Source: Candidatus Micrarchaeota archaeon CG10_big_fil_rev_8_21_14_0_10_45_29
Lineage (GTDB): Archaea > Micrarchaeota > Micrarchaeia > Anstonellales > Anstonellaceae
Assembly (NCBI GenBank): GCA_002778455.1
Contig: PFCD01000001.1
Span: 53,445 to 117,444 of the forward strand
Length of the DNA: 64,000 nt
Reading direction: 5' to 3'
The notes below the pieces were generated by a model that saw only the letters and a program-made list of their open reading frames with translations, was not told the origin of the DNA and did no database searches. The position numbers were made by a program, and so were the translations under genes. Shown piece after piece: positions 17,973 to 27,518 of the stretch. Position 1 is the first letter of the stretch. Each line of letters starts with the position of its first letter.

Positions 17973-18673
17973 CAAGCAAACATCCAATACGAGCAATAAA
18001 TTCGGACCTTGTGCATACAATAGTTTCTCATATGCCTGCAATAACAAATTTGGGCAAAGCATTTGAAAAACTGGGGCCGCTGGAGCACAAGGTAAGCAAT
18101 CGGGGCTGGACCCAGCTGCGCACCGACTTTCTGCTTCATCAGGGGCCGTATCCATGGCAAGGGGAGCAAAAAGCCCAAGGCATAGAGGAGGCCGATCTTG
18201 CCTCCAGCATCAAAACACTGGCAAAATCCCTTGACATGAAAGAAATTATTATAGGAAAAACTCTTGCATATAATAATGAAAAAAATTCATTGCTTCTCTC
18301 CCCTGACGGGGCAGCCGCAGCCGCAATAATGCAATATTACATGGGAGAAGAAATCTCCCTTGCAAAGTCTCTCATAAAAAGCATAGTAAAAGGAAATACG
18401 GGATATCTCCTCCTACAAGAGCCAAGAAGGGCAGCCGCTGCGTATTTCTTTTTGCACATAGCCGCCAACGGAATAGACGGCGCCCTTTGTGATTTGCGGG
18501 TTTCTCAAGCATACTCTGCAGAGCTGCACTCAAAATCTCTTTACCTTCCAAAGAATTTCTATTTTGAGTTAAATCGCATCCACCTAAACTTTTTGGAATC
18601 CCTGCTGCGCGGGGACGGGGCAACCTTTTATGAATACCTAACCTCTACCTCAAGCCCCTCTTTCAAATCATAA
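17969..18673 (+). CDS. Hypothetical protein translationally coupled to the giant protein
   Basis: 234-aa ORF overlapping the upstream stop by ATGA; no recognised motif. Confidence 0.65.
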   Translation: MTSKHPIRAINSDLVHTIVSHMPAITNLGKAFEKLGPLEHKVSNRGWTQLRTDFLLHQGPYPWQGEQKAQGIEEADLASSIKTLAKSLDMKEIIIGKTLAYNNEKNSLLLSPDGAAAAAIMQYYMGEEISLAKSLIKSIVKGNTGYLLLQEPRRAAAAYFFLHIAANGIDGALCDLRVSQAYSAELHSKSLYLPKNFYFELNRIHLNFLESLLRGDGATFYEYLTSTSSPSFKS

Positions 18674-18797
18674 AACGCAAACCCTCAGCAAGGGCATAAC
18701 TATCCTCGTTTCCATATGTACCTTCTCCATTAAACTCCGCACCCTTCAGCGGATTTCCGCCCCACCTCTTTTAAATCTGGTTTTCCATTATCCCCTT

Positions 18798-19496
18798 ATG
18801 CAAAAGTCTCTCTCCCACATAGCATTTATACCTGACGGCAACCGCAGGTGGGCAAAAAAGCACGGGTTAAATATATTGCGCGGGCATGAGAAGGGAATAG
18901 ACAGGATGGGAGACGTGCTCACATGGTGCCGCGAGGAGGGCATAAAAATGGCCTCCTTCTGGGCTTTTTCCACCGAAAATTTCAAAAGAGACACGCAGGA
19001 AGTAAGCGGGCTTTTCGAGGCATTTGAAACCCGCCTCTCAAAAGTTTTAAGGGAAGCCGAATTTCAAAAACACAAAGTAAGGGTGCGCTTTATAGGAAAC
19101 ACCTCCCTTTTTCCCAAAAAAATACAATTGGGAATAAAAAAAGTGGAGGACGAGACAAAAAAGTATGACAAATACTTCCTTAACTTCTTTATAGGCTACG
19201 GAGGGCGAGCCGAATTAATAGCAGCGGCGCAAAAACTGGCAAAGGATTTTCCAGGCAACAACGCTTCCAAAATAGGGGAAAAAGAATTTGAGTCCTGCCT
19301 CTGGACGGCAGGGCTGCCCGACCCTGAGCTGATAATCCGCACCTCCGGAGAATCGCGCATATCCGGCTTCATGCCTTTTCAATCCACCTATTCCGAGCTA
19401 TTATTTTGCAAAAAGCTCTGGCCGGATTTTTCGCGCGCCGATTTTAACAAGGCAATAGACGAATTTGCAAAAAGAAAAAGAAGATGGGGAAAATAA
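18798..19496 (+). CDS. uppS: cis-prenyltransferase (undecaprenyl/polyprenyl diphosphate synthase)
   Basis: HIAFIPDGNRRWA, AFSTENFKR, YGGRAEL, IIRTSGESRISGF, LWPDF. Confidence 0.96.
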   Translation: MQKSLSHIAFIPDGNRRWAKKHGLNILRGHEKGIDRMGDVLTWCREEGIKMASFWAFSTENFKRDTQEVSGLFEAFETRLSKVLREAEFQKHKVRVRFIGNTSLFPKKIQLGIKKVEDETKKYDKYFLNFFIGYGGRAELIAAAQKLAKDFPGNNASKIGEKEFESCLWTAGLPDPELIIRTSGESRISGFMPFQSTYSELLFCKKLWPDFSRADFNKAIDEFAKRKRRWGK

Positions 19497-19910
19497 ATGG
19501 AAAAAAACATTTCCAAAATATTAAATTTATCAACTTCAAAGTCTATTGAAATTAATTTGGAAATCTGCAACACTCCCTCCTCGCGCACAAGAGGGTTGAT
19601 GTTTCGCAAAAAATGCATCCCTCTCCTCTTTACGTTTGATAAGGAAGGCATTTATCCCATCCACTCGTTTTTTGTCTCCTTTTTATTTGACGCAATTTAT
19701 CTTGATGAAAATTTTATAATAACTGATATTTTCCGGCAAATAAAGCCATTTACAAAATATGTTGCAAACACCAAGCCCGCAAAATATTTGCTTGAGCTTC
19801 CCTGCGATTTTCCGCTTCAAATGAAAATAGATGAGAGGATAAAAATAGATTTGCCTGCAAAAAGCCGGGAGATGCAAAATAAGAAAAATCATAGCGGGTT
19901 ATTCCCATAG
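19497..19910 (+). CDS. DUF192 family protein
   Basis: R.RGLMFR, LLF.F, IHSFFV.F..DAIYLD, AKYLLEL. Confidence 0.85.
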   Translation: MEKNISKILNLSTSKSIEINLEICNTPSSRTRGLMFRKKCIPLLFTFDKEGIYPIHSFFVSFLFDAIYLDENFIITDIFRQIKPFTKYVANTKPAKYLLELPCDFPLQMKIDERIKIDLPAKSREMQNKKNHSGLFP

Positions 19911-19940
19911 CCGCGTGGGATTGAAAAAAATTTAGCGCTT

Positions 19941-21323
19941 ATGGATGAAAAATTGCTTGGCTGGGAAGCAAAAAGGCAAAAAGGCGCCTACAACTGCCAG
20001 CTTTCCCCCTTAAGCGAGGAGGAGCAAAAATTCCTCTCCCTTTTATGCGCCGAATTCTCTGAATTTAGCAAAACAAGCGAAATCTCCTCCGAGGCGCAGG
20101 CAAAAGAGGCGATAGAGAAAATATTTCTCAAATTAACTAAAAAAGAGGGAATAGACGCCGACGAGGAGCAAAAGGAATATCTGCAAAAGGCGGCCCTCTC
20201 GCATTTGCACGGCTTTGCGCCCCTTGATGCCATGCTCTCAGACAATGAAATAGAGGAAATAGCCGCCATAGCAATAAACGAGCCGATTCGCGTGTATATA
20301 AGAAAAAAGGGCTGGCAAGACACAAACGCATATTTCACAACGCATGAACATTTAATCCACCTGATAAACAAGATGTCCCGCCCGCTAGGCAGAAGAATCA
20401 CAAGCCAGAGCCCGCGCATAAACGCGCTGATGCCCAACGGCTCGCGCCTTCACGCGACAATTCCCCCTCTCTCTGCAGGGGAGCTTACCATCCGGCTTCA
20501 TGGCGCAAAAAAATGGGGCGTTTGCGACTTATTGCAAAGCCAGTGCATAAGCGCCGACGCGCTCGCATTTCTCTGGCTAGCATTTCAGTCCGACTCCTCT
20601 GTCCTTATTTGCGGCAACACCTCATCAGGCAAAACAACTTTGCTAAATTGCCTTCTCTCCTTTGTGCCCCTGCGCGAGCGGCTCATAATAATAGAGGAAA
20701 CGCCAGAAATAACCCCTCCCCACCCCCACCGCGCCTCCCTTGTATCAAACGACGATTTGAAAATAAATATGTGCGATTTGGTGCGCGACTCTTTGCGCAT
20801 GCGCCCGGACAGGGTGATAGTGGGGGAGGTGCGCACCCCTCCCGAAGTTGAGGCATATGTTGAAACCCTTCTCTCAGGGCACGCGCGCGGCTCATATGCG
20901 ACTTTTCACTCAAATTCCGCTTCCGAGGCAATAAGGCGCATGTGCAATTTGGGCGCAATGCCCGACGATTTGGCATCCCTTGATTTTTTAATATTGCAAA
21001 GGCGCATCTCCCGCTACTGCCCCTCCTCAAAAAAGCAAACAGAGGCAAGGCGCATGATAGGAATTTTTATGCCAAAAAGGCATGAGAGGGGGGAGCTTTT
21101 TGGCTTTGATTTGCTTCCAATATTTGAATACAGTGAAAAATCCGATTCTTTGCAAAAAGCCCGCGGCTTTGAGGATGCGATGCAAAAAATATCGCAAAAG
21201 CTCGCAATTCCCTCCGCAGAGGCAAGAAAAATATTTGTTGAGAGGGAGAAATTCCTCGCCTCCTTGACATGCAAGGACGCGGCAGAGGAATGCAAAAAAA
21301 TCCAGAAATTCGCATATGGGTGA
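19941..21323 (+). CDS. Type II/IV secretion system ATPase (CpaF/VirB11-like)
   Basis: GSRLHATIPP, Walker A GNTSSGKTT, IIIEE, SLRMRPDRVIVGEVR, TFHSNS. Confidence 0.93.
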   Translation: MDEKLLGWEAKRQKGAYNCQLSPLSEEEQKFLSLLCAEFSEFSKTSEISSEAQAKEAIEKIFLKLTKKEGIDADEEQKEYLQKAALSHLHGFAPLDAMLSDNEIEEIAAIAINEPIRVYIRKKGWQDTNAYFTTHEHLIHLINKMSRPLGRRITSQSPRINALMPNGSRLHATIPPLSAGELTIRLHGAKKWGVCDLLQSQCISADALAFLWLAFQSDSSVLICGNTSSGKTTLLNCLLSFVPLRERLIIIEETPEITPPHPHRASLVSNDDLKINMCDLVRDSLRMRPDRVIVGEVRTPPEVEAYVETLLSGHARGSYATFHSNSASEAIRRMCNLGAMPDDLASLDFLILQRRISRYCPSSKKQTEARRMIGIFMPKRHERGELFGFDLLPIFEYSEKSDSLQKARGFEDAMQKISQKLAIPSAEARKIFVEREKFLASLTCKDAAEECKKIQKFAYG

Positions 21324-21326
21324 ATT

Positions 21327-23048
21327 ATGCTGCAAAAAATAATCTTATTTATTGAAACCCTCCCCTTTCACCGCATTTACAAAGGGGAGAGAAGAATTCA
21401 AATAAATGAAAATTTGCAAAAATCCCAAGCCCCCCTCCCCCCAAGCGCATTTCTTAACATAATTGCCCTTCTCTCGCTTGCCTCTCTCCCCCTCTCATTT
21501 TTTGCAGGGCTTTTCCTTTTCCCCTCATTTGAGGGCGCGGCAGGCATCTCTCTCATAATTTTTTCCCTCTGCCTTTATTGCGGCTTTCTTATTCCCAAAC
21601 TGCTCTCAACCCGCCAAGCGCAACTTGCTGAAGCTGATTTGCCGCTTGCATTGCGCGCAATCTCGCTTCATTTGCGAATAGGCGTTTCTTTTGAAAAAGC
21701 CATCGAGCATGTTGCCATCTCAAATTACTCATGCTCCAAAATATTTGCGGATGCCATGCGCCAAATAGGTTCCGGCGCATCTGTTCCTTCCGCCCTCTCA
21801 AAAGCCGCCGCAAGCATCTCATCAGTTCCAATAATGCGCGCCTTTCACCAGCTTTGCGCGGTATATGAGAGCGGCGCAAAGCCGGACGCCCTTGACTCCC
21901 TTGCGCAGGAGCTTATTTCCCGCCAGCACACGCAAATAAAATTGCAGGCATCGCGGGCGGCAATTTTTTCCCTTCTCTTTGTTGCCGCCTCCTCCCTTCT
22001 CCCCGCCTTTTTCCTTATCCTCAACATCTCGGCCGGCCCGCTGCTTGGCTTTAAGGGCGAGCCATTTCAAATATGGGCATTTTACCTTCTTCTTCTCCCT
22101 GCAATAAACATCCTTGCCCTCGCGCTTGTAATCGCCTCCGCCCCCTCCCTCGCCTCATCGCAGAAGCAAAAGCAAATATTAAATGAGGCAAAAATTTTGT
22201 GCGAGAAGGCCGGCTTTCCTCCCTTTAGCACAACCCACCTTATTCTCTCAAGCATTTTGCTCTGCGCCGCCGGCTTTATCCTCCCCTCTTTGCTCGGGGT
22301 TTCCTCCCTCTCCCCCCTTTTTGCCCTTCTCTTTGCATCCCTTCCCTCCCTCTCAAAAGCATATTTTGAGGGAAAAGCAACAGCAGACGCCTCCTCAATA
22401 GAGCAGGAGCTTCCAGGCATGCTTTTTTCAGGCGCAACAAGCCAGAGTTTCTCTTTGGAGAAAATGCTCTCCTCCGCGCGCGCCGGCTCTCCTTTGGCAG
22501 AGCAGTCAAAAAAGGCATTGCGCCAAATAAATGCAGGCGCCAACCCATTATTCGTGCTTGAAAAATGGGCAAATTCAACCTCTTCCCCCTCACTTGGGCG
22601 CGCCCTTCTTTTGCTGATGATTGGCTACAAAACAGGGGGAAGCATGCAAAAGGCGCTCTCTTGCGCGGCAGATGATTTGCTCTCCTCACTTGCGCTTGTG
22701 AGGGAGAGGGCGGCGCTTCTTTCTATTCAAAATTACACAATCTTAGCCGCTTCCGCCTTCCTCATCCCGGCAATTTTGGCGGTTTCCCTCTCATTTTCCT
22801 CCCAAATATCGCAAATAAGCGCGCCTTCGGCAACAGGGGAAAATTCCATTTATTCTATTTTTGATTTCTCCTCCTCATCCTCCCTCATAGCCGCCGCCCG
22901 CGCCGCCATTCCCGCCTATCTTATTATAAACGCGGCCCTTGCCGCCTTTTTCATCGCCCTCTCGCAGGGCGCCCGCGAGAAATTTTTATATTATTTCTCC
23001 ATTTTGGCAATAGTTTCCCAAATAGTGTGGCTGATAGCATCCGGGTAA
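21327..23048 (+). CDS. Type II secretion system F family protein (two fused T2SSF modules)
   Basis: Two LP..L repeats (ADLPLAL, QELPGML), each followed by QI..GA and TM helices; directly after the ATPase. Confidence 0.82.
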   Translation: MLQKIILFIETLPFHRIYKGERRIQINENLQKSQAPLPPSAFLNIIALLSLASLPLSFFAGLFLFPSFEGAAGISLIIFSLCLYCGFLIPKLLSTRQAQLAEADLPLALRAISLHLRIGVSFEKAIEHVAISNYSCSKIFADAMRQIGSGASVPSALSKAAASISSVPIMRAFHQLCAVYESGAKPDALDSLAQELISRQHTQIKLQASRAAIFSLLFVAASSLLPAFFLILNISAGPLLGFKGEPFQIWAFYLLLLPAINILALALVIASAPSLASSQKQKQILNEAKILCEKAGFPPFSTTHLILSSILLCAAGFILPSLLGVSSLSPLFALLFASLPSLSKAYFEGKATADASSIEQELPGMLFSGATSQSFSLEKMLSSARAGSPLAEQSKKALRQINAGANPLFVLEKWANSTSSPSLGRALLLLMIGYKTGGSMQKALSCAADDLLSSLALVRERAALLSIQNYTILAASAFLIPAILAVSLSFSSQISQISAPSATGENSIYSIFDFSSSSSLIAAARAAIPAYLIINAALAAFFIALSQGAREKFLYYFSILAIVSQIVWLIASG

Positions 23049-23203
23049 CGCCAACCCCCTCTCGAAAGATTAGGCGGTTTTCTCTCCCCTTTTTTCTAAT
23101 CAAAATGGCAAATGGCCCAAAATAAGCATATTCAACATGGGCATAGCGGCGGATTAACCGAAAGTCCCAAAGCCTTATAACTTTCCTGCACCCTACACTT
23201 TTC

Positions 23204-23422
23204 ATGAAGACATATAGCGCCATCATACTAAAAGATGAGGACATGTATGTGGCAAAATGCCCGGAAGTCGGCACAGTCAGCCAAGGCAGTACAATAGAGG
23301 AGGCGCTTGCCAACCTCAGGGAAGCCACCGAGCTCTATCTTGAGGAATTCCCGGCACAATCCTTTTTCCGCCCGCTTATGACTACCTTCGAGGTGCGCGA
23401 GCATGCCCCCTCCCCTTCTTAA
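23204..23422 (+). CDS. hicB: HicB-family antitoxin (short form)
   Basis: YVAKCPEVGTVSQGSTIEEALANLREATELYLE. Confidence 0.92.
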   Translation: MKTYSAIILKDEDMYVAKCPEVGTVSQGSTIEEALANLREATELYLEEFPAQSFFRPLMTTFEVREHAPSPS

Positions 23423-23639
23423 GAAAATCTCAGGGATGGAATGCGCCAAGATACTTTGCAAGCACTTCGGTTTCCAAATCGTGCGCCAGAGGGGCAGCCA
23501 CATAATTCTTGCAAAAGGATACGGAGCTGAGCGCAAAGGGACGGTCGTCCCGGCGCATCGCGAACTCAAAATAGGCACCCTCAAGGGCGCCCTGGAGCTT
23601 GCCGGAGTGGACGAGGAGGAATTCTCAAAGCACCAATAG
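23403..23639 (+). CDS. hicA: HicA-family mRNA interferase toxin
   Basis: GFQIVRQRGSHIIL..TVVPAHRELKIGTLKGAL; overlaps hicB. Confidence 0.92.
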   Translation: MPPPLLKKISGMECAKILCKHFGFQIVRQRGSHIILAKGYGAERKGTVVPAHRELKIGTLKGALELAGVDEEEFSKHQ

Positions 23640-23659
23640 ACTCAGCAAGGGGCGAATGA

Positions 23660-24418
23660 ATGGACATAAACGACGCGTGGAAAGACACGTGCAAAATAGT
23701 CCTTGGCGGAGAAATAGGCGATTTGCAAAAATATGAAAAATATCTTCAAACCTATGTCGAGCCAATATATGAGAAAAACTCCTCCCTAAGCCAAAAGAAA
23801 GTAATAATCTCACGTCCGGACTTTTGCAAAAATGCAAAATTCATCTCATTTGACGAGCAGGAAAAATACAACAAGCAAATTTCGGATATAAAACTAAACT
23901 TAAACCAGATAAAAGACATAGATTCAATTCTCTCCTCAATAAGCGAGCAATTTTATTATGCAGGCAACCAGATAACCGGCAACTGCTCAAACATAGAAAA
24001 TTCGGACAATGTGATGGATTCGCATTATGTAATAAATTCAATAGAAATCGCGGGGGGAAAATTTATCGCCTACTCCTCAATGGCGCGCTTTGACGAATAT
24101 TTATTCGGAGTAAACTGGTCGGGGCAGGCAAAATACTGCATAAAATGCTTTGAAACATACAAGCAAAGCCGCTGCTTTGAGACTTTGAGCGTCTGGACAT
24201 CCTCCGACTGCTATTATTCTGCCCGCCTTGAGGGATGCGGCGACTGCATATTCTCATTTAACCAAAAGCACAAAAACAACCTTATAGGCAACCTGCAATT
24301 TCCAAAAGAAGAATATGCAAAACGCAAAAAAGCGCTTCTTGATCAGATAAGAAGCACTCTTGAGAGCAAGAAAAGAATACGCTCAATACTTGAGATAATG
24401 GGGGGTGTCAATGGGTGA
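23660..24418 (+). CDS. Cys-rich repeat protein, stand-alone A-type domain (paralog 1)
   Basis: WK.TCKIVLG.EIG.L, IKDIDSI, FYYAGN, RCFE..SSDCYYS..GCGDCIFSFN, IGNLQ..KEEY shared across the array. Confidence 0.85.
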   Translation: MDINDAWKDTCKIVLGGEIGDLQKYEKYLQTYVEPIYEKNSSLSQKKVIISRPDFCKNAKFISFDEQEKYNKQISDIKLNLNQIKDIDSILSSISEQFYYAGNQITGNCSNIENSDNVMDSHYVINSIEIAGGKFIAYSSMARFDEYLFGVNWSGQAKYCIKCFETYKQSRCFETLSVWTSSDCYYSARLEGCGDCIFSFNQKHKNNLIGNLQFPKEEYAKRKKALLDQIRSTLESKKRIRSILEIMGGVNG

Positions 24419-25175
24419 GCAAATAGAGGGCGCATTCTCCTCGGTCACTTCAATTCTTTTCGGCAAAGCCCTCCAAAAAATTGACGACTACGGGGATTGG
24501 CTTTTGAAAAATCGAAGAAAGATAAGAACCGTAAAATCCACAATAAGCGGCAAAGAGGAGCTGATACCTCCGCTGGAGTTTCACCACGCAATCGACAGGG
24601 TATATGTTACAAACGAAGAGGCATTCAAACTCGGGGAAACAAAAGCAAAAAAAGAGGACATAGAAAAAACCACCATCCAAAACGCGGACAAAACACTCAA
24701 AAACATCCTTTATTACTCTCCCGACGTGCAAATGGGAAAAAATCAGGAAATGGAATTTTGCGCCCACTACATTGACTGCCAATTTTGCTACAAATCCGTC
24801 TCCATGGGGCATGTAAAATATGCTGCTTACTCTTTTTGGCCCCGCGACTCGGAATACATGTTTGGAGTGGACACCGTATTCTCCTCAAAATTCTGCATAA
24901 AATGCTACAATTCGGTAAATTTAACCCGCTGTTTTGAAACCTCCCACTCCTCCCATTGCTCTGACTGCTATTTCTGCCACAACTGCGACGGCTGTTCCGA
25001 GTGCATGTTTTGCACAAACGCAAAAAGCCTTCGCTATGCAATATTCAACAAACAATATCCAAAAGAGGAATACTTAAAACTCAAAAAGAAAATACAGGAA
25101 GAAATCTTCGCAAAATTGGAAAAAGATAAAAAATTAGACTTAAACATATTCAATTTAGGGTGCTATAAAAAATGA
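24411..25175 (+). CDS. Cys-rich repeat protein, stand-alone B-type domain (paralog 2)
   Basis: FWPRDSEY.FG, CIKCYNS.NLTRCFE, CSDCYFCHNCDGCSECMFC, LDLNIFNLG; ATG 24411 follows GGGGTG. Confidence 0.85.
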   Translation: MGEQIEGAFSSVTSILFGKALQKIDDYGDWLLKNRRKIRTVKSTISGKEELIPPLEFHHAIDRVYVTNEEAFKLGETKAKKEDIEKTTIQNADKTLKNILYYSPDVQMGKNQEMEFCAHYIDCQFCYKSVSMGHVKYAAYSFWPRDSEYMFGVDTVFSSKFCIKCYNSVNLTRCFETSHSSHCSDCYFCHNCDGCSECMFCTNAKSLRYAIFNKQYPKEEYLKLKKKIQEEIFAKLEKDKKLDLNIFNLGCYKK

Positions 25176-26752
25176 AATACTCGCAAGCCTACGAAGGGCT
25201 CAGCAAGGAATGGAAAAACACCTGCCGAATCCTGCTAAAAGAAGAGATAGGGGAGCTTAGCGACTTCAGTGGCTATCTCCAAAAATATATAGAGCCAGTA
25301 AGGGCGCAGAAATCATCGTTAAGCCAAAAGAGCATTACTCTCTCCAATGACGCCGCCTGTCCCCCAAAGAGAGTCATCGGAATGGAAGAGCTTGGCGTTT
25401 ATGCCAAAAAAACAGAAAAAATAAAGCTGGATATTAACCAAATCAAAGACATAGACTCCATTATCTCTTCTTTAGAGGAGAAATTTTATTATTGCGGAAA
25501 CGTCGTGCTCGGAAACTCAAGCAACGTGGAGAATTCCCACAGATGCACAAACACCAATTACGCACTAGCATCCCACGAAGTCGCGGATTGCCAGTATATC
25601 TCAAATTCAACAATGGCGAGATATTGCGAGTACATATTCGGTTCAAGCATTATGGGTGAGACAAAATACCTCATAAACGTCCTCTATTCTACAAAATCCG
25701 TGCGCTGCATGGAATGCACCCACCCCCTCCGTTCTTCCGACTGCTATTTCGGGGCAAACCTTGAGGACTGCTCCGACTGCATGTTCAGTTTCAATCTCAA
25801 GAATAAGAACAATTCCATCGGCAATCTGCCTCTTGAGAAAAGTAAATATATGCAAATAAAACAGAAGCTCTTATCCGAAATCGCCCGGAAGCTAAAAAAG
25901 GAGAAAAACATGCGTGGAATAATCGAGCTTATTGCCGGAATTCCAAGCCCTTCAACGCCAAAAGAGCGCCCCGAATACGTTTTCAAAACACAACACCCGC
26001 CTTCCAAGGAGGTGGAGGAGGCATTTCAAGCCACAACCAAGGTGCTTTTGGGAAAGCCCCTTTCAAATCTCCAGACATATGAGAAATATTTGCTTGCAAA
26101 CACGAAAAAACCCATCTCAGCCAAATCAGCCATAAGTTCAAAGCCCCTGCACGCAATCCCCATGCTCTTTAACCGGGAGCTGAAAAACTCCTTTGTAAGC
26201 CGGGATGAAGCTGCAGAGCTGTCCTCAAGGCGCATAAGCCCGCAATCCGCCGATGAACTAAGCCTTGAAAACATGGATAAAATCCTTCATGAGATCAAAT
26301 ACACTTGCCCTCAGGTAATTCTTGGAGAAAATGAGGATGTTGAAGAAAGCGTGGTTTACAACACATCAAGGCACTGCTACGGGGGCTCGGTGTATTATTT
26401 TGCAAAATATTGCGCCTATTGTTTCTGGCCGCGCAATTCCGAATACATCTTTGGTTCCACCTCCGTATTCTCATCAAAATTCTGCCTCGCTTGCCACTAT
26501 TCAAGCTCCCTTACCCGATGTTTTGAGCTTAGCGACTGCAACAACTGCTCCGACTGCTATTTCTGCCACAACGTGGAAAATTGCACAGAATGCATGTTCT
26601 GCTTCAATACAAAAGCCAAAAGATACGCAATCGGGAACGTGGAATATCCAAAGGAGGTATACTTAAAACTCAAAAAGAAAATACAGGAAGAAATCTTCGC
26701 AAAATTGGAAAAAGATAAAAAATTAGACTTAAACATATTCAATTTAGGGTGC
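25070..26752 (+). repeat. 94-bp identical direct repeat forming the 3' ends of paralogs 2 and 3
   Basis: atacttaaaactcaaaaag...caatttagggtgc at 25070-25163 and 26659-26752. Confidence 0.93.
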
Positions 26753-26767
26753 AAAAAAAATGGATAA
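25172..26767 (+). CDS. Cys-rich repeat protein, fused A+B (paralog 3)
   Basis: 531 aa; both A and B motif sets; ATGA overlap with the previous gene. Confidence 0.87.
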   Translation: MKYSQAYEGLSKEWKNTCRILLKEEIGELSDFSGYLQKYIEPVRAQKSSLSQKSITLSNDAACPPKRVIGMEELGVYAKKTEKIKLDINQIKDIDSIISSLEEKFYYCGNVVLGNSSNVENSHRCTNTNYALASHEVADCQYISNSTMARYCEYIFGSSIMGETKYLINVLYSTKSVRCMECTHPLRSSDCYFGANLEDCSDCMFSFNLKNKNNSIGNLPLEKSKYMQIKQKLLSEIARKLKKEKNMRGIIELIAGIPSPSTPKERPEYVFKTQHPPSKEVEEAFQATTKVLLGKPLSNLQTYEKYLLANTKKPISAKSAISSKPLHAIPMLFNRELKNSFVSRDEAAELSSRRISPQSADELSLENMDKILHEIKYTCPQVILGENEDVEESVVYNTSRHCYGGSVYYFAKYCAYCFWPRNSEYIFGSTSVFSSKFCLACHYSSSLTRCFELSDCNNCSDCYFCHNVENCTECMFCFNTKAKRYAIGNVEYPKEVYLKLKKKIQEEIFAKLEKDKKLDLNIFNLGCKKNG

Positions 26768-27518
26768 CCTAAATGGCGTATTCAAGCAAACCTGCAAAAC
26801 AATCTTCGGCAAGGAGATAGGCGATTTGAAAAACTATGAATCCTACTTCAAGGAGGCAGTTCCCGGCATGGAGGTAAAATCCGCCTTCTCAGGGGAAACC
26901 GCCTTCGCGGCGGCAGACGACTACGCAAAGGGCTCAAAATTCTACAACTACCAAAAGGAAATAGATAAAATCTCAACCCTAAACAAGCCCTTTAACATAA
27001 ATGAAATAAAAGACATAGACTCCCTCATAAACGCCACCCGCGAGCGCTACGTCTATTCCTCAAACAAGATTTTGGGGAAATTTGAGAATGTGTCTGCATC
27101 GGATGTAATAATTGACTCCATAAACATTGTCGGAAGCGCAAACCTCTCAAAATGCAAAAACGCAGCCTTTTGCTTTCTGGCAAGAGAATCTCAAAACGTA
27201 TTTGGGTGCGCTTCATTCGGCTTTGATACAAATGTGATTCGCAGCTGCTACCACAAAAACAACGCACGAACTTTTGAGTGCGCGGTTGAGGAATACTTAA
27301 GCGACTCCCTTTTTTGCTACAATGTGTTCAATTCGTCCGATTGCATATTCTGTTTCAACCTAAAAAACAAGAAAAACATGGTAGCGAATATACAGCTTAC
27401 AAAAGAGCAATACTCGTCCAAAAAGGCGGACTTAATTGAGCAAATCACCTCTGAATTGGAGTCAAAGGGCAGGCTTGACTTTAGCATAATGGGTTTGAGC
27501 GGGCGTTTGCATGGATGA
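26760..27518 (+). CDS. Cys-rich repeat protein, stand-alone A-type (paralog 4)
   Basis: FKQTCKTIFGKEIGDL, IKDIDSL, SSDCIFCFNLKNK. Confidence 0.85.
   Translation: MDNLNGVFKQTCKTIFGKEIGDLKNYESYFKEAVPGMEVKSAFSGETAFAAADDYAKGSKFYNYQKEIDKISTLNKPFNINEIKDIDSLINATRERYVYSSNKILGKFENVSASDVIIDSINIVGSANLSKCKNAAFCFLARESQNVFGCASFGFDTNVIRSCYHKNNARTFECAVEEYLSDSLFCYNVFNSSDCIFCFNLKNKKNMVANIQLTKEQYSSKKADLIEQITSELESKGRLDFSIMGLSGRLHG

Noticed and set aside
18684-23651. Shared 11-mer ctcagcaaggg after the 18673 and 23639 stops
   Set aside because: Too short; expected by chance in 64 kb and does not extend.
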